The notes under the pieces were generated by a model. It was not told where the DNA came from. It made no database searches and was given only the letters and a program-made list of their open reading frames with translations. A stretch of 64,000 nt of DNA, taken from contig AP026155.1 in the NCBI GenBank assembly GCA_030295235.1, positions 620,001 through 684,000 on the forward strand, in the 5' to 3' direction. The position numbers and the translations under genes were made by a program. Positions 11,966-23,532 of this stretch are shown here, in pieces; the stretch's first letter is position 1; each line of letters starts with the position of its first letter. The DNA comes from Fistulifera solaris. Taxonomy: Eukaryota.

Positions 11966-14900
11966 TTACCTTTGACTGAACCAATAAAGAGGAGTTTCAA
12001 TAGAAGAACTTATCAATTGCAAGTTACTTGGCTTTGCCATCTTTCTTTTACGAGAATCACCCAGTAGACGGAACGCCGCTACAGCGACCAGTACGACGGC
12101 GCTGGCAATCCAGCTAATGTACCAGTCAACGACAGTTAAGAACAAGACGCCGCAGATCCACAGCAGCAGTTGCAAGGGCACACCAAAGCGCACAAAGTCA
12201 CCAAAGGTGTATCCTCCAGGTCCATAAATCAACAAGTTTGTGGTATAACCGTAGGGCGTCATGTAATCCGACGCGCTCAACATCAGTGCATAACTCATCA
12301 AAGATCGATCAATACCAGAGGTGTCCGCGACGTTCATGGCAATGGGAAACAACAAAGCAGCTGCTGCGTTGTTTGTCAAGACGCTGCTGATAAGAAAGGA
12401 AGCAAACATGATGGCTCCTACCAATCCGGCCTCACCGAGGTTGATCGCTGTGCCAATGTCGATCAAAAAGTCCGCTAGAACGTCAGCAAGGCCCGAATTC
12501 ATCATACCGGTACCGATACCGAAAGCGGATCCGATAATGACATAGATATCCCAGTGGAGCGAATCACGTGCTTCTTGCTCGGACATGCAGCCAATGGCCA
12601 CCATCACGAAGGACGCCAGAAGGCCACCCACAACCAAATCGATAAGTTCTGCAGTGTAGATTGCCAACATTGCTGCGGTAATCAACACGGCCGGAATAAT
12701 CAAACTCAGACGAGGGGGCGCCGAGTCTTCAACCTCGGCGAGCAAAGCGAACGACCTATCGTGTTCAGTGGTCCGGGAAAGAAATGTTGGCCCCGCTTCA
12801 AGCAATAACACATCACCAGCTTGTAACTTGATATGACCCGGGTGGTCGTGAACCCTTTGCCTTCTCGGTGGACTGCAATGACGGCGGCTCCATAGCGCGA
12901 GCGGAAGCGCGCTTCCTTGACCGTGTGACCTACCAGGGCGCCACTTCGAGCAACCACGGCCTGCACCAGGCGACGCTCAAACACCGTATCCTCGATCTTT
13001 CCGACTTCGTCGCTTTCGTACGAACGCAAGCCAGGAATCTTACGCAAGTCCCCAAGCGCCGATGCACTTCCACTGAACCAAAGGATATCTCCTACTTGAA
13101 GCGGATCGTCTTGGGTGATAGCGATGGAGGACACGTGCTGGTCACTTCTGTCGAAGTCAGAAAGCGCCTTGTCCATACTAGTCTTGCCACCTTGCATCGT
13201 AAGGTTGGTTCCTGCTGGTGTTGGACGATCAATGCTGACAAGATAAACAGCGGGAAGTCTCGTGATACCATGTTGATTGGCCGACTTCCCCACTAGGCCC
13301 GATTTTTTCAGCCACGGCCATGGCCGTCAAGAATTCAAGACCCTCCTCAGCTCGTGGTGTCACAACCTGCAAATCTTTCCAAGCGGCTTCCACACCGGCA
13401 TTTTCAACGTCGCTTTCGTGGGAAGAAGATGCTGCATCCCCGTCCATACGACCGGAGCGCCCCGACACAAAGCTTCGCAACACCGACTTCGAAGATGACT
13501 TGTCGTCCAGATTCTTATAGAAATCAGCCGGTGGATCGATAAGGAGTGGAGAACCTTCCTTTGCTTGCAACACCAGCACGTCGCCTTCTCTCAAATGATT
13601 CTTTGGAACAACAACCAAAGCTGCCTTGTAGAGCTCATTAAAGTCGATTTCGGATGCACTTTTCCCCTCCAAGCGCGACCCCTTACGTATTTGGGCACGA
13701 AGCACCCGCAAACCCCTCTGCTTGGCAACACCACCATCAGTCGAAAGTAGCGCGTTCAATACACTCCAGATCTTCTCCAAATCCGGCAAATTCTCAGACT
13801 GGATTGTCTCTGTTCGCCAGATCGACAAAGAACGAGTTCCCTTCACAGCTGCCTCCGTGTGGTGCAACTCGAGACCAAGTTTCAACAAGGCTTTTGAAAT
13901 ATCAAGCATCAATCCCGGACGGTCGCGTGCATTGACACCCACAACAACAACATCCTCATCCATGCTCACCACAATGCTAGGCGGAGCACCTTGCATATCT
14001 AAATCGGCGTCTTTCGCTCCCCGAATCAGATCCGTCATTCGGTGAATATTGCGCAAACGCTCGCCTTCGTCGGCATCCAACAGAGACTCTTTCGTGGTAC
14101 CGACTTCTGCTAAATCCGTGGATGCGGTACTGGTGAGTCCCTCTGTTTCATTCGTCAGAATTTCCAGACCATGTTCCTCGCAAAATTCACCAAACGACTC
14201 CACAAGACCAGTGAAATAAAGGGTATCCCCGGCATTTAACACAAAATCCCTCGACACCGCACGATGCACATTTCCGGTGGCAGCACGGAGCACGCTGACT
14301 AAATAAATACCACCCGTCTCACGCAAGCCACTGCGCTGCACCGTTCGACCTGCCGCGGGAGACCAAGCCATGACACGAGCACCCAAAGGATCGCATCGTC
14401 CTCTTGCTCAATCTCCCCCGGAAGAAGAAAAGGACTGAAGAATAAGACGTAAGCGATACCGATGAACGCGAGCGGCACACCGAATTCTCCCAAATCAAAC
14501 AATCCAATTTTGACTTCGTTCCCATAGCGTTCTTCAATCAAACCGGATACCACCAAGTTGGTCGAAGTACCAATTAAGGTGCATGTACCACCAAAAATGG
14601 CAGCGAATGACAGCGGAATTAGCAACTGCTGTCGCGGCAAGCGATTGTTTTTCGCCCATTGCAGGATGACGGGCAGCATCACCACCACAATGGGAGTGTT
14701 GTTCAAGAAGGCACTCACGAAAGTAATGGGAATCAGAATTCGAAGCTGTGCGCTCGCCACGCTTTTCGGGGAACCGAGTAATTTGGACATGTACCAATCG
14801 AGTGCGCCCGTTTTCGAGATACCTTCGGCAACGACAAAGAGAATCATCACAGTGATCAAGCCACTATTCGCAAAGCCCGCGAGACCTTCTTTCACGGTAA

Positions 14901-15114
14901 TGATTTCCGCCACCATCAACATCGTCATGGTAATCAACATGACATGATCGGCTCCGATACGCTCCATCACGAGACCGACAAACATGAGAATGATGACAAC
15001 AGATGCATAGGCAATTTCCCATGTTTCTTTCGGAGCTTCTGCTTCCTCTTCAAGATGACGGCGATGGACGTCGCAAAGGCACTTTCCCGTGTCTTCGTTT
15101 GATAGAGGAAACAT
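11966..15114 (-). CDS. SLC13/TrkA-C/ACT-like transporter, tandem paralogue copy 2; frameshifts near 14385, 13305 and 12853
   Basis: Four ORFs co-linear with copy 1, with the same motifs and high amino-acid similarity throughout. Confidence 0.92.
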
Positions 15115-16020
15115 GATTCTTTAAAAAACAATGAACGACAACAAAGAAATGGATAATAGTTTTGTTTTTCTCTTTGTTTTTATGAAACAAAGGGAGCCGT
15201 TGCAATTTTTTTTCTCAAGATGCGAACCTCGCATTTTATTCCAAGTGCTGCAAAACTGACAAGAAATACCCCGAAACAGTCTCTCCGAAGACCTCGTACA
15301 CTGTACTTTGTATTCCAGTCCGGCTTTCTTTGATCGTTACGGAAAGTAGCGGTAAAAATAACGCCGATGTCATCGGTCCGAAAATAGTCACTATCATAAA
15401 ATATGTACATTGAAACAGAGGCGGACCTGCGATGATTTGAATCACGAACATCGTCAGGAGTCAGGAGTCGCCACTTTGACCTATAACGCCTTCATTGACC
15501 TTTATACTTCAAGATAAAGAAACTCAGTCTGGTCTGGATGGCCATGTGTTCAACTGCAGTTCGACGAAGTTTCTGCAAGAAAACACGTTCTAAAAATATA
15601 GAATAGGGATGATAGTCGGTTCTCGTGTAGGGATGGATAGGATGTAGGCATAGTAAATTCTATCGATTTTTTTGTTGCAACGTTGCTTTTGATCCCAATT
15701 ATCATCAAGCAATGAACTAGAGGCAAATTTGTTTCGAGGAGGAATGGGTTTTATGAATGCTCAACCCGGTTTCAGTCCATTCTTCATACATTAACAACGC
15801 TACGCACTCTAGAGAGAGACTAGGCAGCCCCGAAGTACCGGTAGTCGCCAATGGTAAGAAACACAAAGTAGGGGAACACAGTAACGTTTCGAGCGACGAT
15901 AGGAGATCCACACGACAATAGGAGCTATCACTCACTTTTAACCACCAAGTTTCAACAAATCATATGTTACACTCAACTACATGTGCGAAATATTTTCCTA
16001 AAAAGAAAAGTTACGTAAAT

Positions 16021-16978
16021 TTACTGTTCTTCAGGGAAAAGAATAGCTCGGATCGATGGCAACAATTCTTCATATACCAAGTTCAGCCGACTGGCCATAG
16101 TGTTGTCGCAAACAATCTTTCCGTTCAAAGCCGTCAACAAGACCCCACCGTACGTGTTTTCCTGCAAATCTTTCGAACGATCCGTGTTCAACGTGACGAC
16201 CGGTGAAAGGGTCACACCCGACTCTCGCTTCAAAATATCGACATATTCTTTCACGGCATCCGGCAAGATCTTTTCCACGACCGCTACATCTTCCGAGCGG
16301 CAAAAGATGACAACTTCATTTTCTTCAATCTTGATCAGACCCTGTACGATCAATTTTTGCAACAATTGCGGATAATTCTGACCCCGAGCTACCACGGCAC
16401 ATCGGGCGCCCGCATCACTGATCAGTTTATTCAAGAGATCATCCCGAATTTTCATTTTCTTGACCCGTGTTTCACCAATTTCGGTCGAACGAGCGATGCG
16501 TTCTTGGATTTCACGATCCTTTTCCTTTTTGGCGAAATCTTCCTGAATGGACAATTTGGCTTCGTGTACCAACGTTTGTTTCTCCAAGTTAAAATCGTGT
16601 TCCGTCTAGAGCATTGAGTATGATGACGAGGTAGGTATTGATTCGTTACAGAAAAATATCATGAAAATGGGAGAAGGAAAGGTTGGTAAGCGAAAGAAAA
16701 CACAGTTCATCAGAAAGTAATCGAGGATGATAGGGTGAAATTTATAGAGTTCGCCAAATGAATAGAGAGCGGAGCGCATGAATATCACAAAAGGTAGAAG
16801 ACACGTGAGGATCTGTTTGGTTTTCGACATCTCCGCTCCACAGCATGGTATAATAATCCCATTATCATCATCACAACCGGCGTCTTCGACGTACCTTGAC
16901 ACGGATTTCATTGGCTTTTTCGTGAGCCTCTTGGAGAATGAAATTCACCATTTGTCGAATTTGATCTGCGGCTGCCAT
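16021..16978 (-). CDS. ATP6V1E: V-type proton ATPase subunit E; intron 16606-16894
   Basis: Exon 1 MAAADQIRQMVNFILQEAHEKANEIRVK splices to TEHDFNLEKQTLV...GGVLL...GKIVCDNTMASRLNL...LPSIRAILF. Confidence 0.96.
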
Positions 16979-17549
16979 GGTTCGTTCGTATTCGTTTCAA
17001 ATAACAAAGATAATACGAAAGTTATTTCCTTTTCCAAGAGATTGTTACACGATGCGATGCTACCGTACAAAGTATTGTTGCGGGGCATGGGCGAAGGAGA
17101 AGGAAAACGTGCGCGGCAACGGCTACTTTCGGAGCGAACGAGGTGCGAAAAAAATAAAGCGGTTGGCGATGAATTTGTGTACACTGTGTGCCGGGCTCGA
17201 AGGCTTATATTTCGGTTCTATAGATCTGTATATATAAAATACATATCTCTGAACGGAAAGATTATTCACATTGTAACTCTCTATGTCGATAAAAGTCCGT
17301 AGATAAAGAACCTAAAAGGTCTTTACGTATAGCCCTTAATGTATCATTCCATTTCGTCACTTTCCGTTGCTACCATCTACAGTTGGCATTGCGCGAGTGG
17401 AAGATAGTCCACCCGCAAAAGCGAGAATACCTGGTAATGCGGTTGCTGTTGTCCTCATCAATCTTCTTGATTCTTCATTAGTAGATGAAGCCTTTCATTC
17501 ATCGTTGAATTCAATCTAAAACCGCATAATAGATAAGTCAACAATTACC

Positions 17550-18436
17550 ATGAGCGACCGACCCAAAGGACCGCTGGGGATCGATCCTCTCAATTTTTCC
17601 GCATTCATGTTTGTCGTATTAGTGGCGTTCGTTCTTTATCTTTTATTACCACGAGGCATTCGAAAGCATTATTTCGGAGCTTATCCGAAACGGCATGCTT
17701 GGTCGGCGCGGCCAAAAGCACGCAATGGGCGTCCTGCCTCAATTGGGGGCGGAATGGTACGTCATCTCTAAGAAAGATCCTTCGACATTTAGTAAACCAG
17801 GTCTTATCGTTTCCATCCTTTTATTTTGTTTTATCTAACAGTCGACAACGGGAAGTGTTTCCGTGCAATCGGCACCGTTTTCCTCACAAAGCACTTTACA
17901 TAACAATGTCGATTACAATCCACAACGCCTCGAACAGAATGATGAAATTGTCGTCAGTGCGGCGATGCAACAGTTGCGCGATCCGGGAGTCTTAATTGTT
18001 GCACACGGCAGTCGCGGCAAACCGAAAACGGTACGATTGCAATTGACGGAAAGTGCTATTACGTGGCGGACCGAAACCCGCAAGAAAAGGGAATTCAAGC
18101 CCAAATTGGGCAAGCTGCATCAAGTGCCCTTGTCTCATATTATGTACGTGGATGTCGGAAAACAAACGACGGCGTTGCGAAGAGTCGAAAATGCGGCCGT
18201 GGAGTGAAACGTTGTGTTTTTCCTTGCTCACTAAGGAAGGTTCACTCGACTTGGAGGCCAATTCACAACGAGAACGTGATGCCCTTGTCTCGTGCTTTTC
18301 GTTGGTGTTAGATGAAGTGCACGCACAAAATTGGAGAGATATTTACCGAGGTCCGAGTAGTGATATGCCGTCCTCCTTTGATGAAATGGATCCGAACGCT
18401 GCTGCAGCAGAAGACGTTATGATGAATAAAGTATAA
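17550..18436 (+). CDS. PH-like domain protein with N-terminal transmembrane helix; intron 17757-17841; frameshift near 18205
   Basis: TM FMFVVLVAFVLYLLL; PH-like segment VAHGSRGKPKTVRLQL...VDVGKQTTALRR...CFSLLTKEGSLDLEANSQRERDALVSCF. Confidence 0.8.
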
Positions 18437-20386
18437 AACAACAAAATAATTGTTTTCCGCGCTGTACGGCTCCCCCGTTTTATTTGGTGCTGATTGATGC
18501 GCTAAATATATTTTTGTAAGTGTTTTCTTTGGTACTACTTCTTTGATTTTTACTTGTAAACGTTTCAGTTTTGCTTCGCGTTGTCTCTGTTTCCATTCGA
18601 GTCGCTTGGCGCGTTTTTTAGCGTGCTTGTCATCAGCATCGCTCTCCTTAGTAGCCGCGTCTTTCGTCCCCTCTTTTACTCCCGCTGTTTTACTGTCCCG
18701 TAATTTCTTGGAACTTTGCGACGATGGAGCGTCGTCAGTAATCTTCCGCTTCCCATTGTTCTTGCGATGCACCGTGGTGTCGCTGTTGGACAGCATTGAT
18801 TTTTTAGTTGTTTCTTCGTGCACCAATTTGCTCGTTTCCGATTTCTTTGTTGCTTCCATATTTTGGTTTTTACTTTCCTTTGCCATTGTAGCAAATGTAT
18901 TGAGAGTGTATACAGGTAATCTCAGTGCTTTCGCCTGTTTTTGGATGGCCTTTCGGGGTAAAGAAGCATCCTGCTTAGATGCCAAGTGAGAAGATGAGCG
19001 CGCCAAGCAACACACGAAGAAGCCATTCGTTTCATCTTCCAGTGGATCGACTCGAATCATGTGCTTTTCGACGGTGTCTTTGCTGCTGGCTTGCCCACGC
19101 CGTTTCCAATGCGCCAAGGCAGGGGGAGGGACTACATGCCAACTCGATGGTGATTCCGCCAAGACGCGATGGACTACATTTTCATTTTCTTCCGCATTCA
19201 CAGAACAGGTGGAATAGACAATATATTCCACTTGCGGAAACGAACAGGCATGTAGTAAGGCCTTGTATTGAAAGTACGACAGTTTTTCCAATCGTTCTTC
19301 CCCGTCATTCTCCTTCTCCGTCGAATGCTTCAATCCTTGAAAATTGTCTCTCATCCCCGAACCAGAACACGTTGGATCAAGTAATATTCCACGCACGTTG
19401 GGATATTCTTCCGGATCCACTGTCAAAAAGTCTTCTTGCTTCGTTTGGATGATGACACGATCGTCTCCATTCACCAAGGCATCACACCGACGTTGCAACA
19501 GTGCATGCCGCTGCTTATCCCGATCAAAGGCGTGTATTGTGCATGTTTTCTGTTGGGTACCGCTTTTTGCCATGGAATGACTCGCCAGGGCGGCCAAATG
19601 AGTCGTCTTATTCCCTGGGGCTGCACAAGCGTCCATCAATTCCCAAGGTTGCGAACGGATCTGCTGGTCCGCGGACAGTAACGATATGAGACACAATGCC
19701 GGGAAACAAGATGATTTGTCTTGCAATACAATCGATGTTTGTGGATTCCATTGGCCTGTAACTTTTTTGTTCTTGTCAGCATCGCTGTCGCCGACGGTAT
19801 GACTTAAAATCAAAGCTGTGGCGGAGGGCGGTACCACCAACAAGTCTGGAACATGCGCATCCAAATATAGAGTGAATTTGGAATCACTCTTTATGGAACG
19901 CAACACATCTACCACTTGTTGTGTCGTGTTTTGACAGGTGTTGACACGAATGTAACGGGGCCACGTATCGTTGTCGAAAGTCGAAGTTATCATCTCTTCT
20001 CCAGGACTCGAAGCTTGAATTTGCCGCAAATAATGTCGTAATGCTGATTCCTGTTGTGTCAATTGTCGCTTTAATTTGCCCCCGCCGCGGATACTTTGAT
20101 TGGGTCCCAATAACAATTCATACAATAAAACATACAACAATCCTTCGTTCTGCACTGTCACTCCTTGATTCTTGTTGGCGTGTTTCTGCCACACCGCTTG
20201 CAACGTTGGTAAATGCTTTTGTACGTGACAAACTTGTGCATAAGTTGTTTTGGAGCATTTTAATTGTCCCGTCTTGTCATCAAAGACCAAACTTTTGAGA
20301 CTTTTTCGTTTCTTATTCGGCTGATCGGATTGTTCCCATAATTGATTAAGTAGCGTCGCCGCCGGCTGATACGGAGATGATGACAT
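18308..20386 (-). CDS. NSUN5: NSUN5/Rcm1 rRNA cytosine-C5 methyltransferase (true stop probably upstream of the ORF end, around 18535)
   Basis: VLLYELLLG, PRYIRVNT, LQDKSSCFPA, DACAAPGNKTTHLA, LLDPTCSGSG and IVYSTCSV..EENE motifs; K-rich C-terminal tail. Confidence 0.9.
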   Translation of the reverse strand: MSSSPYQPAATLLNQLWEQSDQPNKKRKSLKSLVFDDKTGQLKCSKTTYAQVCHVQKHLPTLQAVWQKHANKNQGVTVQNEGLLYVLLYELLLGPNQSIRGGGKLKRQLTQQESALRHYLRQIQASSPGEEMITSTFDNDTWPRYIRVNTCQNTTQQVVDVLRSIKSDSKFTLYLDAHVPDLLVVPPSATALILSHTVGDSDADKNKKVTGQWNPQTSIVLQDKSSCFPALCLISLLSADQQIRSQPWELMDACAAPGNKTTHLAALASHSMAKSGTQQKTCTIHAFDRDKQRHALLQRRCDALVNGDDRVIIQTKQEDFLTVDPEEYPNVRGILLDPTCSGSGMRDNFQGLKHSTEKENDGEERLEKLSYFQYKALLHACSFPQVEYIVYSTCSVNAEENENVVHRVLAESPSSWHVVPPPALAHWKRRGQASSKDTVEKHMIRVDPLEDETNGFFVCCLARSSSHLASKQDASLPRKAIQKQAKALRLPVYTLNTFATMAKESKNQNMEATKKSETSKLVHEETTKKSMLSNSDTTVHRKNNGKRKITDDAPSSQSSKKLRDSKTAGVKEGTKDAATKESDADDKHAKKRAKRLEWKQRQREAKLKRLQVKIKEVVPKKTLTKIYLAHQSAPNKTGEPYSAENNYFVVLYFIHHNVFCCSSVRIHFIKGGRHITTRTSVNISPILCVHFI

Positions 20387-20908
20387 GAGTTCTGCAAGAA
20401 GCCAAAGCTTCTGGTTTGTGCGTTATCTTGAATGCCCTTTTTCTTTGATCCTTCCCCAATTGCTTTCGATATTCCTTGTAGGAGATCAACGATTTTACTT
20501 CGAATTTTTTTCTTGGTTCTCCGCGGAGTTCGAATAGGACGACTGGCAGACGTTGTCATTCATGTTACATTAAATCATGCTATCATGCTGCATCATGTGA
20601 CGCACGACGGGACTGAAAAGCAGCCAATCGGATCCCATCACCCCTCCAAAAAGCCTGAAAACAACAGCTCCAAAACCTAAGATCGTTCTTCCTTTGATAT
20701 GACGTTAGTCTTAGGCTTATAATAGTGCCGGATGTAGAGTTTATAAAAGGAACTGCAATGAAAGGAAGTCACCAGCTAACGTCATTCAATAATCAACAAT
20801 AAGTCTAGTCCTATCTTTTCACATCGATCACGCCCGTCAATGATCTCATTCATCAGTGCGTGTTCTCGTCGTAGCGATCGTTTTTAGTGGTATATTTTTT
20901 TACGCTTC

Positions 20909-23149
20909 TTACTTGGTTGTCTTTAATTTTTGGATCGTCTCTTCGATAGCCAAAACTGACGCCTTCTGCGCATCATCAACATTGTCGTCCGTCAGAAGCT
21001 TTCCTTTCACTTCCTGCGCGGCCTTGGTCAATTTGCGTAAGATGGGCTTCAATAAAATACTCATCGTTCCTGGATTTTTCAAATACAACGCCATTTGCGT
21101 CGTGACATGAGTCCATTCCTGTTCCATCTTTTCTGGTACCAAGCCACTGACTGACCCGGACACAACCAGTCCCGGCGCCACGCGTTCACAAATGTGATCA
21201 ATGAACGCATGACACGTTTTCCGCAACGCTTCTTCCAAATCCCGTTTCGAATCCAAGGATGCCTCTTGGACAGAAACACCCTCACGTAACAATTGCACCA
21301 ATCCATTGTCTTGTCGTTGAAAGATGCGTTGCCGATTTTGTAAAAAGCTGCGAACAGCCCTACCCGTTTGCGAAAAATCCAGTTGGCGTTCGACACTACG
21401 CAGTTCCAAATCGAAGGGTGACAATTGCTCCCTTAAAATCAAGAAATGCTGAATGAGGAATAAATCGCCATGCAAAGTACCATCGGCTCGTTTCTGCAAA
21501 TAGTTGGCCGCCTGTTGTAAACTGGCACAAGCGGCTTGTACCGACGTCAAGGCCAAGTCTTCAAAAACACCAGGTTCCACGACACGAAAGATTTTGGATA
21601 AGATTTGTAAGACACTCCGGACGGGTGGGAACCAGAACTCAAATTGCTGCTCCAACTGTTGTTCTATAGTAGTTGTCGTTGTATCTTGTCGCGTTGTTGC
21701 ACTAGGCGCCACTAACTTTTCGGGATAATTCAAATCCGTCGGAGTCGCCTTAAAGCGTACAACTTGTTTCTGCAAGGCTTGATGGGCGCAATAAATCAAT
21801 CGTTCTTGGGCATCCGCCAAGATTTCGGTCAAGGCCCGTGCCGCCGCCAAGGCGGTCGTGGCCGCTGTCTTGCGTTCTTCTTTCAAAACGGCCACCATTT
21901 GACACAGGGTATCCAAATCAAGTTCCACCACCAACGCCCGTCGAATCGTACGATGCATTGAGGACGAACACAAGGTCGCCAAGTAATTGGGAAAGGTCGC
22001 ATCACGACTGCTATCCCCGAAAAAGTCTTCATACAAGGACGTCTCCATCGTACAGAAACGAATCAAATAGACACTCGCCAACCTTGTCATGGCAGCGGTA
22101 CCGTGTTCTTGATGCAGCCTATCCATGTGTTGACGCAAGGATGGCAACAAGAGTGCTTGACGTTGTGTACAAAACGTATTGCGACATTGCTGTAGGGTGT
22201 CTTGATAAATAGGACTCGAGCGATGCAGAATATGTTGCAGAATTTTCCGGGAACGCGACGAAATGCCGTGAAAGCGTGTATAGATTAAACTCGCTTCCAA
22301 TTGATCCGCGCTGGGCTGGACCTGTTTCATCAATTGTTGCGCGAGATGCACCATGCGATCCGCCACCGCTTCTTGAATCAAGGCTGTGGCCGCTTCTTGC
22401 AATTGCACGGCTCGTTTATAATACACGGTGTGTCCCGAATTCTTGTGGTCGGACGTTGTCGTCAATGACATTTGATGAAAAAAGTATTCAACGGCCGCAT
22501 CTAACGAATCCAACAATTGCGGAAACTCTTCCTCATCGACTTTAATTTTGGGCAATCCCCGGACGGTCGTTTTTTCCTTGAATAGGACGCCCAATTGTGT
22601 CGCTATTGTGTCAACAGCATTGTAATGTTGCAAGGGACGGCCAATGTCTTCGGCGTGCGCCGTTAACAAGGTTTCTTCTTGTTGCAACCGATCGGCGGCG
22701 GCACTCAATTCCCCGGAATGTTTGACGAGGGCGGCGTGTCGTTGACTGAGATCTTGTGTTAACTGTAGGGCGCCCTGTAACGCAAGTCGTAGTGAAATGG
22801 AATGTTTGTAAACTTGAGTCAAGTGTTGTGCGGTGTGTTGCACCAGCGGATGTGTTGAAATCGTAGTTGTTGTGGTGGTGGACTGTTTTCTGGTAGTTGT
22901 TGTTGGAGTGGCGGAAGAAGAAGAAGAAGAAGAAGAAGAAGAAGAAGATGCACCAGTACTTTCGGTCGTACTCGTAACGATAGGCCCCGCCGTCAAAACA
23001 CCAATTTGCTGCAAACGATTCAATTGCGTGGAGGAACGAGGAGCAAATGTCTCGTAGGAAACGGTAGTGCTGTTATGATTGTTGCTGTTGCGCGACGGAG
23101 ACGTCAACGACGCCGAAAGAGGACTGCTCAAAGCACTGGTGGTTGCCAT
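20909..23149 (-). CDS. COG3: Conserved oligomeric Golgi complex subunit 3 (Sec34)
   Basis: ELDLDTLCQMVAVL, DAQERLIY, DLNYPEKL, WFPPVRSVLQILSKIFRVVEPGVFEDLA, GDLFLIQHFLILREQLSPFD, DSKRDLEEALRKTC. Confidence 0.92.
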   Translation of the reverse strand: MATTSALSSPLSASLTSPSRNSNNHNSTTVSYETFAPRSSTQLNRLQQIGVLTAGPIVTSTTESTGASSSSSSSSSSSSATPTTTTRKQSTTTTTTISTHPLVQHTAQHLTQVYKHSISLRLALQGALQLTQDLSQRHAALVKHSGELSAAADRLQQEETLLTAHAEDIGRPLQHYNAVDTIATQLGVLFKEKTTVRGLPKIKVDEEEFPQLLDSLDAAVEYFFHQMSLTTTSDHKNSGHTVYYKRAVQLQEAATALIQEAVADRMVHLAQQLMKQVQPSADQLEASLIYTRFHGISSRSRKILQHILHRSSPIYQDTLQQCRNTFCTQRQALLLPSLRQHMDRLHQEHGTAAMTRLASVYLIRFCTMETSLYEDFFGDSSRDATFPNYLATLCSSSMHRTIRRALVVELDLDTLCQMVAVLKEERKTAATTALAAARALTEILADAQERLIYCAHQALQKQVVRFKATPTDLNYPEKLVAPSATTRQDTTTTTIEQQLEQQFEFWFPPVRSVLQILSKIFRVVEPGVFEDLALTSVQAACASLQQAANYLQKRADGTLHGDLFLIQHFLILREQLSPFDLELRSVERQLDFSQTGRAVRSFLQNRQRIFQRQDNGLVQLLREGVSVQEASLDSKRDLEEALRKTCHAFIDHICERVAPGLVVSGSVSGLVPEKMEQEWTHVTTQMALYLKNPGTMSILLKPILRKLTKAAQEVKGKLLTDDNVDDAQKASVLAIEETIQKLKTTK

Positions 23150-23532
23150 TTTTGTGGTGTCGGAACACAAATTCAATGATGTTATCAATTTTTTGTGAAA
23201 ACGCAAAGAAAATGACGATTGTAATATAAATAATATAATATCATCAGTTCTTGCATGTCAATGAGCGAGAGGAAAAAAGGCATCCGCGCCGCCGAGACCG
23301 ATCTACGTAGGAAAAAACGAAAACCCGGATATGGAGTAGAGCTATGGCCCATTTATTGTAGCTGCAAGCGTTTTTTTTTCACAAAACGATAGCTTGCCCG
23401 TTCTTTCAAGGTTATTCTCCCTATTTCGACTCTCTGAGTCGAAGTCGAAATAGATAAATCGTAGTAATAAAAAATAGGGATTATTAGAGCGACAAACTAT
23501 CTCAACCTTTACTGGTAGTCCATTGATAGTAG

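Noticed and set aside
8732..14947. Many plus-strand ORFs antisense to the SLC13 genes (likewise opposite AlaRS, COG3 and NSUN5)
   Set aside because: Shadow ORFs produced by codon structure on the coding strand.
18308..18436. Apparent convergent overlap between NSUN5 and the PH-domain gene
   Set aside because: The NSUN5 tail beyond LKRLQVK looks like UTR read through by a homopolymer indel; a 1-nt correction gives a stop well before the overlap.
22914..22948. (GAA)n tracts in COG3 and AlaRS (37439-37459), (TA)n at about 38046 and (AAAAT)n at about 27326
   Set aside because: Ordinary short microsatellites or poly-Ser linkers.
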